Shown one piece after another: positions 37,578 to 50,015 of a stretch of 64,000 nucleotides of DNA. The notes under the pieces are model-generated. The model was not told the DNA's origin. It saw nothing but the letters and a program-made list of their open reading frames with translations, and made no database searches. Location of the stretch: NCBI GenBank assembly GCA_950097015.1, contig CATNEN010000007.1, forward strand, positions 12,400,001-12,464,000. Direction: 5' to 3'. The first letter of the stretch is position 1; every line of letters starts with the position of its first letter. A program made the position numbers and the translations under genes. This stretch comes from Macrostomum hystrix (taxonomy: Eukaryota; Animalia; Platyhelminthes).

Positions 37578-40035
37578 ATACTGAGATCTATACTGCTGAG
37601 ATACTGAGATCTACACTGCTGAGATACTGAGATCTACACTGCTGAGATACTGAGATCTATACTGCTGAGATACTGAGATCTACACTGCTGAGATACTGAG
37701 ATCTACACTGCTGAGATACTGAGATCTATACTGCTGAAATACTGAGATCTACACTGCTGAGATACTGAGATCTACACTGCTGAGATACTGAGATCTACAC
37801 TGCTGAAATACTGAGATCTATACTGCTGAGATACTGAGATCTACACTGCTGAGATACTGAGATCTACACTGCTGAGATACTGAGATCTATACTGCTGAGA
37901 TACTGAGATCTACACTGCTGAGATACTGAGATCTACACTGCTGAGATACTGAGATCTACACTGCTGAGATACTGAGATCTACACTGCTGAGATACTGAGA
38001 TCTACACTGCTGAGATACTGAGATCTACACTGCTGAGATACTGAGATCTACACTGCTGAGATACTGAGATCTACACTGCTGAGATACTGAGATCTATACT
38101 GCTGAGATACTGAGATCTACACTGCTGAGATACTGAGATCTACACTGCTGAGATACTGAGATCTACACTGCTGAGATACTGAGATCTACACTGCTGAGAT
38201 ACTGAGATCTATACTGCTGAGATACTGAGATCTACACTGCTGAGATACTGAGATCTACACTGCTGAGATACTGAGATCTATACTGCTGAAATACTGAGAT
38301 CTACACTGCTGAGATACTGAGATCTACACTGCTGAGATACTGAGATCTACACTGCTGAAATACTGAGATCTATACTGCTGAGATACTGAGATCTACACTG
38401 CTGAGATACTGAGATCTACACTGCTGAGATACTGAGATCTATACTGCTGAGATACTGAGATCTACACTGCTGAGATACTGAGATCTACACTGCTGAGATA
38501 CTGAGATCTACACTGCTGAGATACTGAGATCTACACTGCTGAGATACTGAGATCTACACTGCTGAGATACTGAGATCTACACTGCTGAGATACTGAGATC
38601 TACACTGCCGAGATACTGAGATCTACACTGCCGAGATACTGAGATCTACACTGCTGAGATACTGAGATCTACACTGCTGAGATACTGAGATCTACACTGC
38701 TGAGATACTGAGATCTACACTGCTGAGATACTGAGATCTACACTGCTGAGATACTGAGATCTACACTGCCGAGATACTGAGATCTACACTGCTGAGATAC
38801 TGAGATCTACACTGCCGAGATACTGAGATCTACACTGCTGAGATACTGAGATCTACACTGCCGAGATACTGAGATCTACACTGCTGAGATACTGAGATCT
38901 ACACTGCTGAAATACTGAGATCTATACTGCTGAGATACTGAGATCTACACTGCCGAGATACTGAGATCTACACTGCTGAGATACTGAGATCTACACTGCT
39001 GAGATACTGAGATCTATACTGCTGAGATACTGAGATCTACACTGCTGAGATACTGAGATCTACACTGCCGAGATACTGAGATCTACACTGCTGAGATACT
39101 GAGATCTACACTGCTGAGATACTGAGATCTACACTGCTGAGATACTGAGATCTACACTGCTGAAATACTGAGATCTATACTGCTGAGATACTGAGATCTA
39201 CACTGCCGAGATACTGAGATCTACACTGCTGAGATACTGAGATCTACACTGCTGAGATACTGAGATCTACACTGCTGAGATACTGAGATCTACACTGCTG
39301 AGATACTGAGATCTACACTGCTGAGATACTGAGATCTACACTGCTGAGATACTGAGATCTATACTGCTGAGATACTGAGATCTACACTGCTGAGATACTG
39401 AGATCTATACTGCTGAGATACTGAGATCTACACTGCTGAGATACTGAGATCTACACTGCTGAAATACTGAGATCTATACTGCTGAGATACTGAGATCTAC
39501 ACTGCTGAAATACTGAGATCTACACTGCTGAGATACTGAGATCTACACTGCTGAGATACTGAGATCTACACTGCTGAGATACTGAGATCTATACTGCTGA
39601 GATACTGAGATCTACACTGCTGAGATACTGAGATCTACACTGCTGAAATACTGAGATCTATACTGCTGAGATACTGAGATCTACACTGCTGAAATACTGA
39701 GATCTACACTGCTGAGATACTGAGATCTACACTGCTGAGATACTGAGATCTATACTGCTGAAATACTGAGATCTACACTGCTGAGATACTGAGATCTACA
39801 CTGCTGAGATACTGAGATCTACACTGCTGAAATACTGAGATCTATACTGCTGAGATACTGAGATCTACACTGCTGAGATACTGAGATCTACACTGCTGAG
39901 ATACTGAGATCTATACTGCTGAGATACTGAGATCTACACTGCTGAGATACTGAGATCTACACTGCTGAGATACTGAGATCTACACTGCTGAGATACTGAG
40001 ATCTACACTGCTGAGATACTGAGATCTACACTGCC
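37578..40035. repeat. 23-bp satellite, about 2.45 kb
   Basis: Unit ACTGCTGAGATACTGAGATCTAC. Confidence 0.98.
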
Positions 40036-40677
40036 GAGCCGAACTGAAAGTTAACCTACAAAACGTGCTTAGTGCCACCCTCCTCAGGCCTTCACCTATC
40101 AGCCTAATGCGACTTCTTGGAGAGATGAAGTCAATTACTACGAAAGTCTCGTAGTAATAGAATAATATTATTATATTATTAAATAGCGTGAAAGTACATG
40201 TAAGTACATGAAAGTACATGAATATGTACATTCACTCTACTGCTATATGCTCGTACTAACTGCAACCTCCACGGTATTCCGTTAGTCACAGTCCGCCTAT
40301 GTACACAATTTGCAGCTCAGCTGGAGCAGGTGACTCAGATGTCAGCTCCGAGAACTTTTGCGATTCGACTCAGCACAAATTTTTTTGTCGACCACAGAAC
40401 TCCGAAGTTGAACTGGAAAGAAATGTGAACGAGCACCTCTCACAGGCACGCAAGGAAGCCAGACGTGAATGCTAAGAAGCTGTTAATTGTCGGTCGAATT
40501 AGAAACAAAAGAAAGGTTTGAAATTTCCCAAACGTATAGTGCTGGAGCGTTTTGCTCTAGTTCTAGATCATAGTGTTAGTCCAGACTGCATTTATGCTAT
40601 TTTTTCGCGATGCTGATAAACGCTGATAAATATTATTCCTGCACGCTTAGTCAACAATGCGCAGTTGCATAGGCAAT

Positions 40678-42797
40678 GCAAACTCCTATGAGCAGCACGG
40701 CAGGAGCAGGACTATGGGAATGAGCAAACTCCTATGAGCAGCACGGCAGGAGCAGGACTATGGAAATGAGCAAACTCCTATGAGCAGCACGGCAGGAGCA
40801 GGACTATGGAAATGAGCAAACTCCTATGAGCAGCACGGCAGGAGCAGGACTATGGGAATGAGCAAACTCCTATGAGCAGCACGGCAGGAGCAGGACTATG
40901 GGAATGAGCAAACTCCTATGAGCAGCACGGCAGGAGCAGGACTATGGAAATGAGCAAACTCCTATGAGCAGCACGGCAGGAGCAGGACTATGGGAATGAG
41001 CAAACTCCTATGAGCAGCACGGCAGGAGCAGGACTATGGAAATGAGCAAACTCCTATGAGCAGCACGGCAGGAGCAGGACTATGGGAATGAGCAAACTCC
41101 TATGAGCAGCACGGCAGGAGCAGGACTATGGGAATGAGCAAACTCCTATGAGCAGCACGGCAGGAGCAGGACTATGGAAATGAGCAAACTCCTATGAGCA
41201 GCACGGCAGGAGCAGGACTATGGAAATGAGCAAACTCCTATGAGCAGCACGGCAGGAGCAGGACTATGGAAATGAGCAAACTCCTATGAGTAGCACGGCA
41301 GGAGCAGGACTATGGGAATGAGCAAACTCCTATGAGCAGCACGGCAGGAGCAGGACTATGGGAATGAGCAAACTCCTATGAGCAGCACGGCAGGAGCAGG
41401 ACTATGGAAATGAGCAAACTCCTATGAGCAGCACGGCAGGAGAAGGACTATGGGAATGAGCAAACTCCTATGAGTAGCACGGCAGCAGCAGGAGTATGGG
41501 AATGAGCAAACTCCTATGAGTAGCACGGCAGGAGCAGGACTATGGAAATGAGCAAACTCCTATGAGCAACACGGCAGGAGCAGGACTATGGAAATGAGCA
41601 AACTCCTATGAGCAGCACGGCAGGAGCAGGACTATGGAAATGAGCAAACTCCTATGAGTAGCACGGCAGGAGCAGGACTATGGGAATAAGCAAACTCCTA
41701 TGAGCAGCACGGCAGGAGCAGGACTATGGGAATGAGCAAACTCCTATGAGCAGCACGGCAGGAGCAGGACTATGGAAATGAGCAAACTCCTATGAGCAGC
41801 ACGGCAGGAGAAGGACTATGGGAATGAGCAAACTCCTATGAGTAGCACGGCAGCAGCAGGAGTATGGGAATGAGCAAACTCCTATGAGTAGCACGGCAGG
41901 AGCAGGACTATGGGAATGAGCAAACTCCTATGAGCAGCACGGCAGGAGCAGGACTATGGGAATGAGCAAACTCCTATGAGCAGCACGGCAGGAGCAGGAC
42001 TATGGAAATGAGCAAACTCCTATGAGCAGCACGGCAGGAGCAGGACTATGGAAATGAGCAAACTCCTATGAGCAGCACGGCAGGAGCAGGACTATGGAAA
42101 TGAGCAAACTCCTATGAGTAGCACGGCAGGAGCAGGACTATGGAAATGAGCAAACTCCTATGAGTAGCACGGCAGGAGCAGGACTATGGAAATGAGCAAA
42201 CTCCTATGAGCAACACGGCAGGAGCAGGACTATGGAAATGAGCAAACTCCTATGAGTAGCACGGCAGGAGCAGGACTATGGAAATGAGCAAACTCCTATG
42301 AGTAGCACGGCAGGAGCAGGACTATGGAAATGAGCAAACTCCTATGAGCAACACGGCAGGAGCAGGACTATGGAAATGAGCAAACTCCTATGAGCAGCAC
42401 GGCAGGAGCAGGACTATGGGAATGAGCAAACTCCTATGAGCAGCACGGCAGGAGCAGGACTATGGGAATGAGCAAACTCCTATGAGCAGCACGGCAGGAG
42501 CAGGACTATGGGAATGAGCAAACTCCTATGAGCAGCACGGCAGGAGCAGGACTATGGGAATGAGCAAACTCCTATGAGCAGCACGGCAGGAGCAGGACTA
42601 TGGGAATGAGCAAACTCCTATGAGCAGCACGGCAGGAGCAGGACTATGGGAATGAGCAAACTCCTATGAGCAGCACGGCAGGAGCAGGACTATGGGAATG
42701 AGCAAACTCCTATGAGCAGCACGGCAGGAGCAGGACTATGGGAATGAGCAAACTCCTATGAGTAGCACGGCAGCAGCAGGAGTATGGGAATGAGCAA
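40678..42797. repeat. 46-bp satellite, about 2.1 kb
   Basis: Unit GCAAACTCCTATGAGCAGCACGGCAGGAGCAGGACTATGGGAATGA. Confidence 0.98.
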
Positions 42798-43144
42798 GTC
42801 AAGTGAGTCTGGCGCAATTAGCAGCGGCTTGTCTATGGAAAAGCATCAACAAATAGCCGGCGTGTTCTGATTGGCCGAATTCTGTCTAATTATATATTAA
42901 AAACCAATGAGCAGCAAGCTGGCAGATAAGCATGGTTCGGTGGACTCTGCCGCAACAGATCATCGCTAATAGTACATTTCAGAACTGAAAGACCCGCAAG
43001 TTACTGCCAAGTCCGATGAAACTTTTAATATCAATCGATTTTAAACTGTGACCAGAACGCACAATGTTCTTTTAAAGAGCTGCTTCACCATAATAAGCAT
43101 CAGGCTGAAATCTTAGCACAGGACAGACAGTTTTAGAGGCCAAG

Positions 43145-43861
43145 TCAGTCCAGCCGCTGCAGCAGCTGGTCCAGTCGGGCAATGTGCAACTCCTCGGGGA
43201 CGTCGGCGCTCTCCCGGCCGGTCGGGTCCAGCAGCAGGGCTCGGAAGCCGCAGGCCCTGGCGGCGTCGAAGTCGGTGCGCCGGTCGTCGCCGACGTGGAG
43301 GATGGCGCCGGGCTCGACGCCGAGTCGCTGGGCGGCCAGCGCGAAGATGCGCGGGTCCGGCTTGACGAGGTCGGCCTCGAAGCTGGTGACGACGGTGGCG
43401 AACTTGTCAGCCACGCCCAGGCGGGCCAGGATGTCCGGCAGGCGTTCGTCAAAGTTGGAAAGGACGCCCAGCTTCAGGGAGCGGGCGGCCAGCGCTGCCA
43501 GGGTGTCCGCGCAGCCGTCAGTCAGCTCCACGGCACCAGGAGTCTTGTAGAAGTTCCTGAGGTTCTTGCACAGGATATCCGGCACGTCCTTCGGCTTCAG
43601 GGCGCCTTCAGAGGCGGCCACGAACAGGCGGCGGATGAACTCGCTCCACCAGGCCTCGGCGGTGGCGGCCCCGGAGGCGCGGCCGAAGTTGGGCTGCTCG
43701 GCCAGCATGGCGGACATTGTGGCAGGCACCGCAGCGTCCAGCCGCTCCTGGCTGACACTGTCGATGCCGTAGCTCTTCGCGTACTTCAGGTACTGGTAGC
43801 CGACGCTCTTGCGGGCGCGGACCAGCGTGCCCCAGGCATCGAATGTGACGGCCGCGAGCCT
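43145..43861 (-). CDS. HDHD3: HAD-superfamily hydrolase, HDHD3/Reg-2-like (start Met absent from this exon)
   Basis: Motif I VTFDAWGTL, SVGYQY, PNFG, motif II LGVLSNFDERL, KPDPRIF, motif IV HVGDD..DFDAARACG; acceptor ccttgcag at 43863-43862. Confidence 0.88.
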   Translation of the reverse strand, partial: RLAAVTFDAWGTLVRARKSVGYQYLKYAKSYGIDSVSQERLDAAVPATMSAMLAEQPNFGRASGAATAEAWWSEFIRRLFVAASEGALKPKDVPDILCKNLRNFYKTPGAVELTDGCADTLAALAARSLKLGVLSNFDERLPDILARLGVADKFATVVTSFEADLVKPDPRIFALAAQRLGVEPGAILHVGDDRRTDFDAARACGFRALLLDPTGRESADVPEELHIARLDQLLQRLD

Positions 43862-44371
43862 CTGCAAGGCACGGAAAATCGCCCCTATTACACTGGGGAA
43901 TGTGGACAAAGTGGCAAGCCAAAGGACTTCAGAATCCTGAATCGTTCGTGATAGAATATAAACAAATGAAAGTCGCAGGAAAATGAAGCGCGGTTCAGCG
44001 CGAGTTGAACACTGGAGACTATTTTATTGAATCATATTGCCAATTGAAGTTACTGAGAACTAGCCGGGACCATGGAAAGCACAACAGCAGCAATTATATG
44101 CGAACTAGAGATAAAGACTAACTGGCATCTCAGTGACCAGAGGAGGACTCTGGGGACTAGGAGCAGAGCAACTGGGGAGCACCAAAGTGGCATCTAGAAA
44201 ATGTAGAAACAAAATTCATTAAAATTATGAAATGCAACGCTAACAAGAATACATAGGATATTGTTCTCAGTACAGATCAACAACTGCTTCACCACCGGTA
44301 TGAGGCAACTATTATAATAATTTTACATGTAACAATAAGAAAACTATTCACTAATTGTTTTAGTAACTCAC

Positions 44372-45680
44372 AATCTCACACTCTTACAAACCGGATCTCA
44401 CACTCTCACAAACCGGATCTCACACTCTCACAAACCGGATCTCACACTCTCACAAACCAGATCTCACACTCTCACACACCGAATCTCACACTCTCACACA
44501 CCGAATCTCACACTCTCACACACCGAATCTCACACTCTCACACACCGAATCTCACACTCCAACACCGGATCTCACACTCTCACACACCGAATCTCACACT
44601 CCAACACCGGATCTCACACTCTCACACACCGAATCTCACACTCCAACACCGGATCTCACACTCTCACAAACCGAATCTCACACTCTCACACACCGAATCT
44701 CACACTCTCACACACCGAATCTCACACTCTCACACACCGAATCTCACACTCTCACACACCAGATCTCACACTCTCACACACCAGATCTCACACTCTCACA
44801 CACCGAATCTCACACTCTCACACACCGAATCTCACACTCTCACACACCGAATCTCACACTCTCACAAACCGAATCTCACACTCTCACACACCGAATCTCA
44901 CACTCTCACAAACCAGATCTCACACTCTTACACACCGAATCTCACACTCTCACACACCGAATCTCACACTCTCACACACCGAATCTCACACTCTCACACA
45001 CCAGATCTCACACTCTCACACACCAGATCTCACACTCTCACACACCAGATCTCACACTCTCACACACCAGATCTCACACTCACACACCGGTTCTCACACT
45101 CTCACACACCAGATCTCACACTCTCACACACCAGATCTCACACTCTCACACACCAGATCTCACACTCTCACACACCAGATCTCACACTCTCACACACCAG
45201 ATCTCACACTCTCACACACCAGATCTCACACTCTCACACACCAGATCTCACACTCTCACACACCAGATCTCACACTCTCACACACCAGATCTCACACTCT
45301 CACACACCAGATCTCACACTCTCACACACCAGATCTCACACTCTCACACACCGAATCTCACACTCTCACACACCAGATCTCACACTCTCACACACCAGAT
45401 CTCACACTCACACACCGGATCTCACACTCTCACACACCAGATCTCACACTCTCACACACCAGATCTCACACTCTCACACACCAGATCTCACACTCTCACA
45501 CACCAGATCTCACACTCTCACACACCAGATCTCACACTCTCACACACCAGATCTCACATTCTCACACACCAGATCTCACACTCTCACACCGGTTCCCACA
45601 CTCACACACCGGTTCCCACACTCACACACCGGTTCCCACACTCACACACCGGTTCCCACACTCACACACCGGTTCCCACA
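44372..45680. repeat. 22-bp minisatellite grading into a 20-bp unit that overlaps the zinc-finger stop codon
   Basis: Units CTCACACTCTCACACACCAGAT and CTCACACACCGGTTCCCACA. Confidence 0.95.
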
Positions 45681-46864
45681 CTGCCAGACGGTCCATTCCG
45701 TTGGTGAATCCTCGCGTGCCGGTATAGGCGGTCCTTCCTCTTGAAGCGCGAGTCGCACAGCCCGCACTGGAAGGGCCTGTCGGTGCTGTGAACCAGCAGG
45801 TGTCGTTTCAACAGGCTCGGTGCGCGGAAGGTCTTGCCGCAGTGCTCACATCCTTGCTCGCTCCTCAAGCTTTTGCGACGCTTCTTAGCTGCGCAGTTGA
45901 GATCCGAACCGACGTGCAGCTCGTGGCTGAACACGTGCTCAAAGAATTGCAGCGGGTGCGCCTGGCCGAGCTTCTCACCGCAGACGGGGCAGTCGGGACA
46001 GCTGCTCCAGCGCCGCCGTGGCTGCTCTCTGACCGAAGCCGGGTGTCGGGCCACCCGGTGCCTGTACAGGCTGAACTTGGATGAGTAGGAGCGGGGGCAG
46101 AGGCTGCAGGTGAAGGCCTGCTCACCATTGTGCGCCTTCATGTGCAGGCGAAGGCTCCGGTAGGTGGGGAACACCCGGCAGCACACCAGGCACTGGCTGG
46201 GGCTGCTGGACTCCGTGCCGAGTGGTGGGCCGTGGCAGCGCCCGGATTTGCAGTGTCCAAGTAGCAGGCGGCGCTCAGCGAAGCCTCTGCCGCAGCTGTC
46301 GCACTTGAAGGGCTTCTCTGCTCTGTGGACCAAGGCGTGCCTCTTCAGGTGCGTCGACTGGCTGAAGCCTTCGCCGCAATGGTCGCACCTGAATGGCCGC
46401 TCGCCGGTGTGAATTCTGACGTGGATGTCCAAGGTGGAGGACTGGCGGAAGCGCCTGCCGCATTGCTCGCAGGCGAAGGGCAGCTCGCCAGTGTGCACCA
46501 GCCAATGCCGCTTCAGGCTGGTCGAGTAGGCGAAGCGCTTGTCGCACTGCCCGCAGGCGAAGAGCTTCTCGCAAGACTTTGCTGCCAATCCGAGACCGAC
46601 TTCCTGAGCAGTCTGGCGCATCAGGGCGTCAGCAATGCCCTCAGCTCCCTGTGGTTCAACGAGCTGCTCATTGAGTTCCTCTTTCTGCTCCGCCTTAAGC
46701 TTCTGAGCAGCGCTCTGAGGATGAAGCTCAGCCAGCGGGGAGCTTTCCTTGGTGACGGGTGGAGCCATGGAAGGCCGCAGCACGCCTTTGATGTCGGAAA
46801 CGGCTCTGGGAACGACATTTCCGGAGCTCATCTGCCAGTCGCAGCAACTGCCAGGCTCTGCCAT
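45662..46864 (-). CDS. C2H2 zinc-finger protein (about 9 fingers), 400 aa
   Basis: CxxC...HxxxH fingers with HTGELPF, HTGERPF and HSTDRPF linkers. Confidence 0.92.
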   Translation of the reverse strand: MAEPGSCCDWQMSSGNVVPRAVSDIKGVLRPSMAPPVTKESSPLAELHPQSAAQKLKAEQKEELNEQLVEPQGAEGIADALMRQTAQEVGLGLAAKSCEKLFACGQCDKRFAYSTSLKRHWLVHTGELPFACEQCGRRFRQSSTLDIHVRIHTGERPFRCDHCGEGFSQSTHLKRHALVHRAEKPFKCDSCGRGFAERRLLLGHCKSGRCHGPPLGTESSSPSQCLVCCRVFPTYRSLRLHMKAHNGEQAFTCSLCPRSYSSKFSLYRHRVARHPASVREQPRRRWSSCPDCPVCGEKLGQAHPLQFFEHVFSHELHVGSDLNCAAKKRRKSLRSEQGCEHCGKTFRAPSLLKRHLLVHSTDRPFQCGLCDSRFKRKDRLYRHARIHQRNGPSGSVGTGV

Positions 46865-46921
46865 CTCCGCGTGCCGTCAGCACTGGAACAGTCATAAGCA
46901 GTCAACTAGTCACAATATATT

Positions 46922-47535
46922 ATAGATTTGGTCATCTGACTGGTCACGGGATAGATTTGCTAATCTGACTGGTCATGGGATAGATTTGCTAATCTGACTG
47001 GTCACGGGATAGATTTGCTAATCTGACTGGTCACGGAATAGATTTGCTAATCTGACTGGTCACGGGATAGATTTGCTAATCTGACTGGTCATGGGATAGA
47101 TTTGCTAATCTGACTGGTCACGGGATAGATTTGCTAATCTGACTGGTCACGGAATAGATTTGCTAATCTGACTGGTCACGGGATAGATTTGCTAATCTGA
47201 CTGGTCATGGGATAGATTTGCTAATCTGACTGGTCACGGGATAGATTTGCTAATCTGACTGGTCACGGAATAGATTTGCTAATCTGACTGGTCACGGGAT
47301 AGATTTGCTAATCTGACTGGTCATGGGATAGATTTGGTCATCTTACTGGTCATGGGATAGATTTGGTCATCTTACTGGCCATGGGATAGATTTGGTCATC
47401 TGACTGGTCATGGGATAGATTTGGTCATCTGACTGGTCATGGGATAGATTTGGTCATCTGACTGGTCATGGGATAGATGTGGTCATCTGACTGACTGGTT
47501 ACGTGATAGATTCGGTCATCTGACTGGTCACGGGA
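46922..47535. repeat. 29-bp minisatellite
   Basis: Unit GGGATAGATTTGCTAATCTGACTGGTCAC. Confidence 0.95.
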
Positions 47536-47887
47536 TATGATTTTTATGGATATATAAAACGAGCGACACTAAACGTCCGTTAGAAAGAAATTTCAGGAGA
47601 GTAACACGGATGTAAAAAAGTGGTCGGAAGTTTAATGTGCATTGCACATTGTACTTTTACGAGCGTAAGTTGCATGTTTAGTTTATGTAAAATCAGTTAG
47701 TATAAGGGAATGATGAAATGATAGGAGAAGCACAGCCTACAACATGATAGCAGCAGTGCCAGCATCTGCGTTATCTCGATTGGAATTCAGAACAAAAGTA
47801 CATTGTAAGCGTTACCGACGGCCAAAAATACTTGCTCAGTGATAGGCTATCAGCAGCAATCAGTTTTTCAGATAATCTGTGTGGCCG

Positions 47888-48895
47888 TCAGGACAGGAAG
47901 AACAGGTCCTCCAGCACACCCGAGTCGTCATCGCCGTCAGAGTTCTCGCCCTCCCCCGCATCGACGAAACCGCGAAATTCTTCTTCATCCTCGTACAACT
48001 GTGGCCCGTCGAGCGACTCCACAATGTCAAGCAGCGACTCCGGCCGGGGTGACGTCGAAGAGGGCGGCGGCTGTTGATGAGTGGCGGGCGGGCCGAGAAC
48101 CTCCGGCAGGACGTAGAATTCGTCCTCGGCTGAGTCGGCATTCGGTCCTCGCAGGATCCGGTTTCGTGTGCTGCCTGCGTTGTCCTTGCCGCGGCGGTTG
48201 CCACGCTCGTGAACGCCGCTGAGCTGCCGCAACTGACGGCAAAGATGCCGCTGGGTCCTGTCATTGAGCTGAAGCTGCTGTCGCAGCAAGGCCACGATCG
48301 CGTCATCGTCATCCGCCTGCGGCTTGGAGCTGGCAGAGTTGGGGGCGACGGAAGCGCCGATCTCGCGGTCGATTTGCTCCGTAAAGGCGCGGCGTCGGCT
48401 TTTTGTCGATGGCGCCGGCGGCAGAGGCGGCAGCGGCTGCGGCGGCGGCAGCGAATCACACTGGCTGGCAACGCTTTGAGGACCTCGACGCTCCCTGTCA
48501 GCGTCGGCTGAAAGGCGCGCCTCTAGCTCGGCGAGGGTGCGCCGCTGCCGCTCCAGGTCGGCGCGCAGTTCGTCAGCCTCACGACGGCGCAGCTGCCGCT
48601 CTTCGGCGAGGAGCCGCTCTGCGCGCGCCTTCGCTTCGTCCAGGCGACCGAGCTCCGACACCAGCTCAGCCAGGCGCTGCCGCTCCGCCGGGCCCAGATC
48701 AGCGAAGGTCCTCAGCTGCTGCTGCTGCGGTGGCGCTGGCGGCGGGTACTGCTGAGGCAGCGCAGCCTCGATCAGCTGCTGCTTTTTCTGAGGTCGCGGC
48801 CGCTTTTTAGCCGTGAGAGCGGGCGAGTCGGGCTCGCGCAGGCCGGACACCCAGGCCGCCTTGGGCCGAGTGTCCAGCCGCTGCTGCTGGTCCAT
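47888..48895 (-). CDS. KIAA1328: Hinderin (KIAA1328)-like coiled-coil protein
   Basis: FADLGPAERQRLAELVSELGRLDEAK matches the hinderin conserved coil as recalled; C-terminal VLEDLFFL motif; ATG at 48895 downstream of acceptor tttttttacag (48930). Confidence 0.75.
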   Translation of the reverse strand: MDQQQRLDTRPKAAWVSGLREPDSPALTAKKRPRPQKKQQLIEAALPQQYPPPAPPQQQQLRTFADLGPAERQRLAELVSELGRLDEAKARAERLLAEERQLRRREADELRADLERQRRTLAELEARLSADADRERRGPQSVASQCDSLPPPQPLPPLPPAPSTKSRRRAFTEQIDREIGASVAPNSASSKPQADDDDAIVALLRQQLQLNDRTQRHLCRQLRQLSGVHERGNRRGKDNAGSTRNRILRGPNADSAEDEFYVLPEVLGPPATHQQPPPSSTSPRPESLLDIVESLDGPQLYEDEEEFRGFVDAGEGENSDGDDDSGVLEDLFFLS

Positions 48896-49094
48896 TCGCT
48901 CACCGCTCGGCGGTTTCCTCGGCTGTTCGCTGTAAAAAAACGAGGCCAGAAGGCCTGTTACAGAACACATAAGCATTCTTCTCTTTTCATTCTGACCGAA
49001 ATAGCGAAAGAATAAACGAGGATGGCTAGGAAAAACGAGGACGGAGCGGAGAATCTAGGACGTAGGGGAAAAATGAGGAAGAAGATGAGAAACT

Positions 49095-49270
49095 AGAAGG
49101 GGAGAAACGAGGAAGGATTGGAGAAACATGGAGGGGAGAAACAAGGAGGGGAGAAACAAGGAGGGGAGAAACAAGGAGGGGAGAAAAAAGGAGGGGAGAA
49201 ACGAGGAGGGGAGAAACAAGGAGGGGAGAAACAAGGAGGGGAGAAACGAGGAGGGATGGGAGAAACAAAG
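49095..49270. repeat. 15-bp purine-rich repeat
   Basis: Unit GAGGGGAGAAACAAG. Confidence 0.9.
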
Positions 49271-49748
49271 GGGAACAATGAAGAATGCTAGAACTTTTCT
49301 TCCCTACGGGAGAGCCGGAGCAGGAGAAAAGCCGGAGAAACGAGGACGGAGGTGAGAAAAGAGAGAGGAGGGGAGAATCGAAGACTGAAGAAAAACAAGG
49401 ATGGATGAGAAAAACGAAACGGTGGGGAGATACAAAAGAGTTCTGATTTCCGCAGCACTCAATAGTTAAAGAAGAGAATCAAGCAGCAGCTGAACTTGTG
49501 CAGAAGCAGACAGGCTACCGAGAGCATGAGTTTTATTTATATTTCATCTGAGCCATCGGACTCTAGTTTTTAGGCTGAAGCGGGCAGAACGTAGAGTTTA
49601 GGTTGTCTAGATTTCGCACTGAGAGGATATTATTAATTTGTTAGGAACTAAGCGATGTGGTTCTATGTTACAGAGTTCATTATTCTAACCCCAAACTACA
49701 GTGCAAGCTACATGGGCAGGTGAGTTAGTTAATAAGGGCGCAGCAGGC

Positions 49749-50015
49749 CTATTTCTCCGGCACTGCCTCCAGCGAGATGGTCTTGTAGATGGCCTTGTTG
49801 CCGGAAAGTTTGCCGCCGAAGAAGCCGCGGTGGCCGGCCTGCTCCACAATGCGCTGGTCGCGCGCGTACATGGGGAAATCGTAGGCGTCGTTGAGCACGG
49901 AGCGCTGGTACCAGCGCCGGTCGCGCAGCAGGTAGTTGGCCGCGAAGTGGACGCCGTGAAAGGCATTCATGCACACGAACACGATGGCCGCGGAGGGCAG
50001 GATTTCGTACCACAT
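49749..50015 (-). CDS. NDUFA1: NADH dehydrogenase (complex I) subunit NDUFA1 (MWFE), 88 aa
   Basis: Begins MWYEILP, one TM helix, conserved M..RD.RI and Y...LE; ATG at 50015. Confidence 0.92.
   Translation of the reverse strand: MWYEILPSAAIVFVCMNAFHGVHFAANYLLRDRRWYQRSVLNDAYDFPMYARDQRIVEQAGHRGFFGGKLSGNKAIYKTISLEAVPEK

Noticed and set aside
43862-43909. ORF-track N-terminal extension of HDHD3 (similar extensions on NDUFA1 and hinderin)
   Set aside because: These starts lie upstream of clear splice acceptors and add no conserved residues
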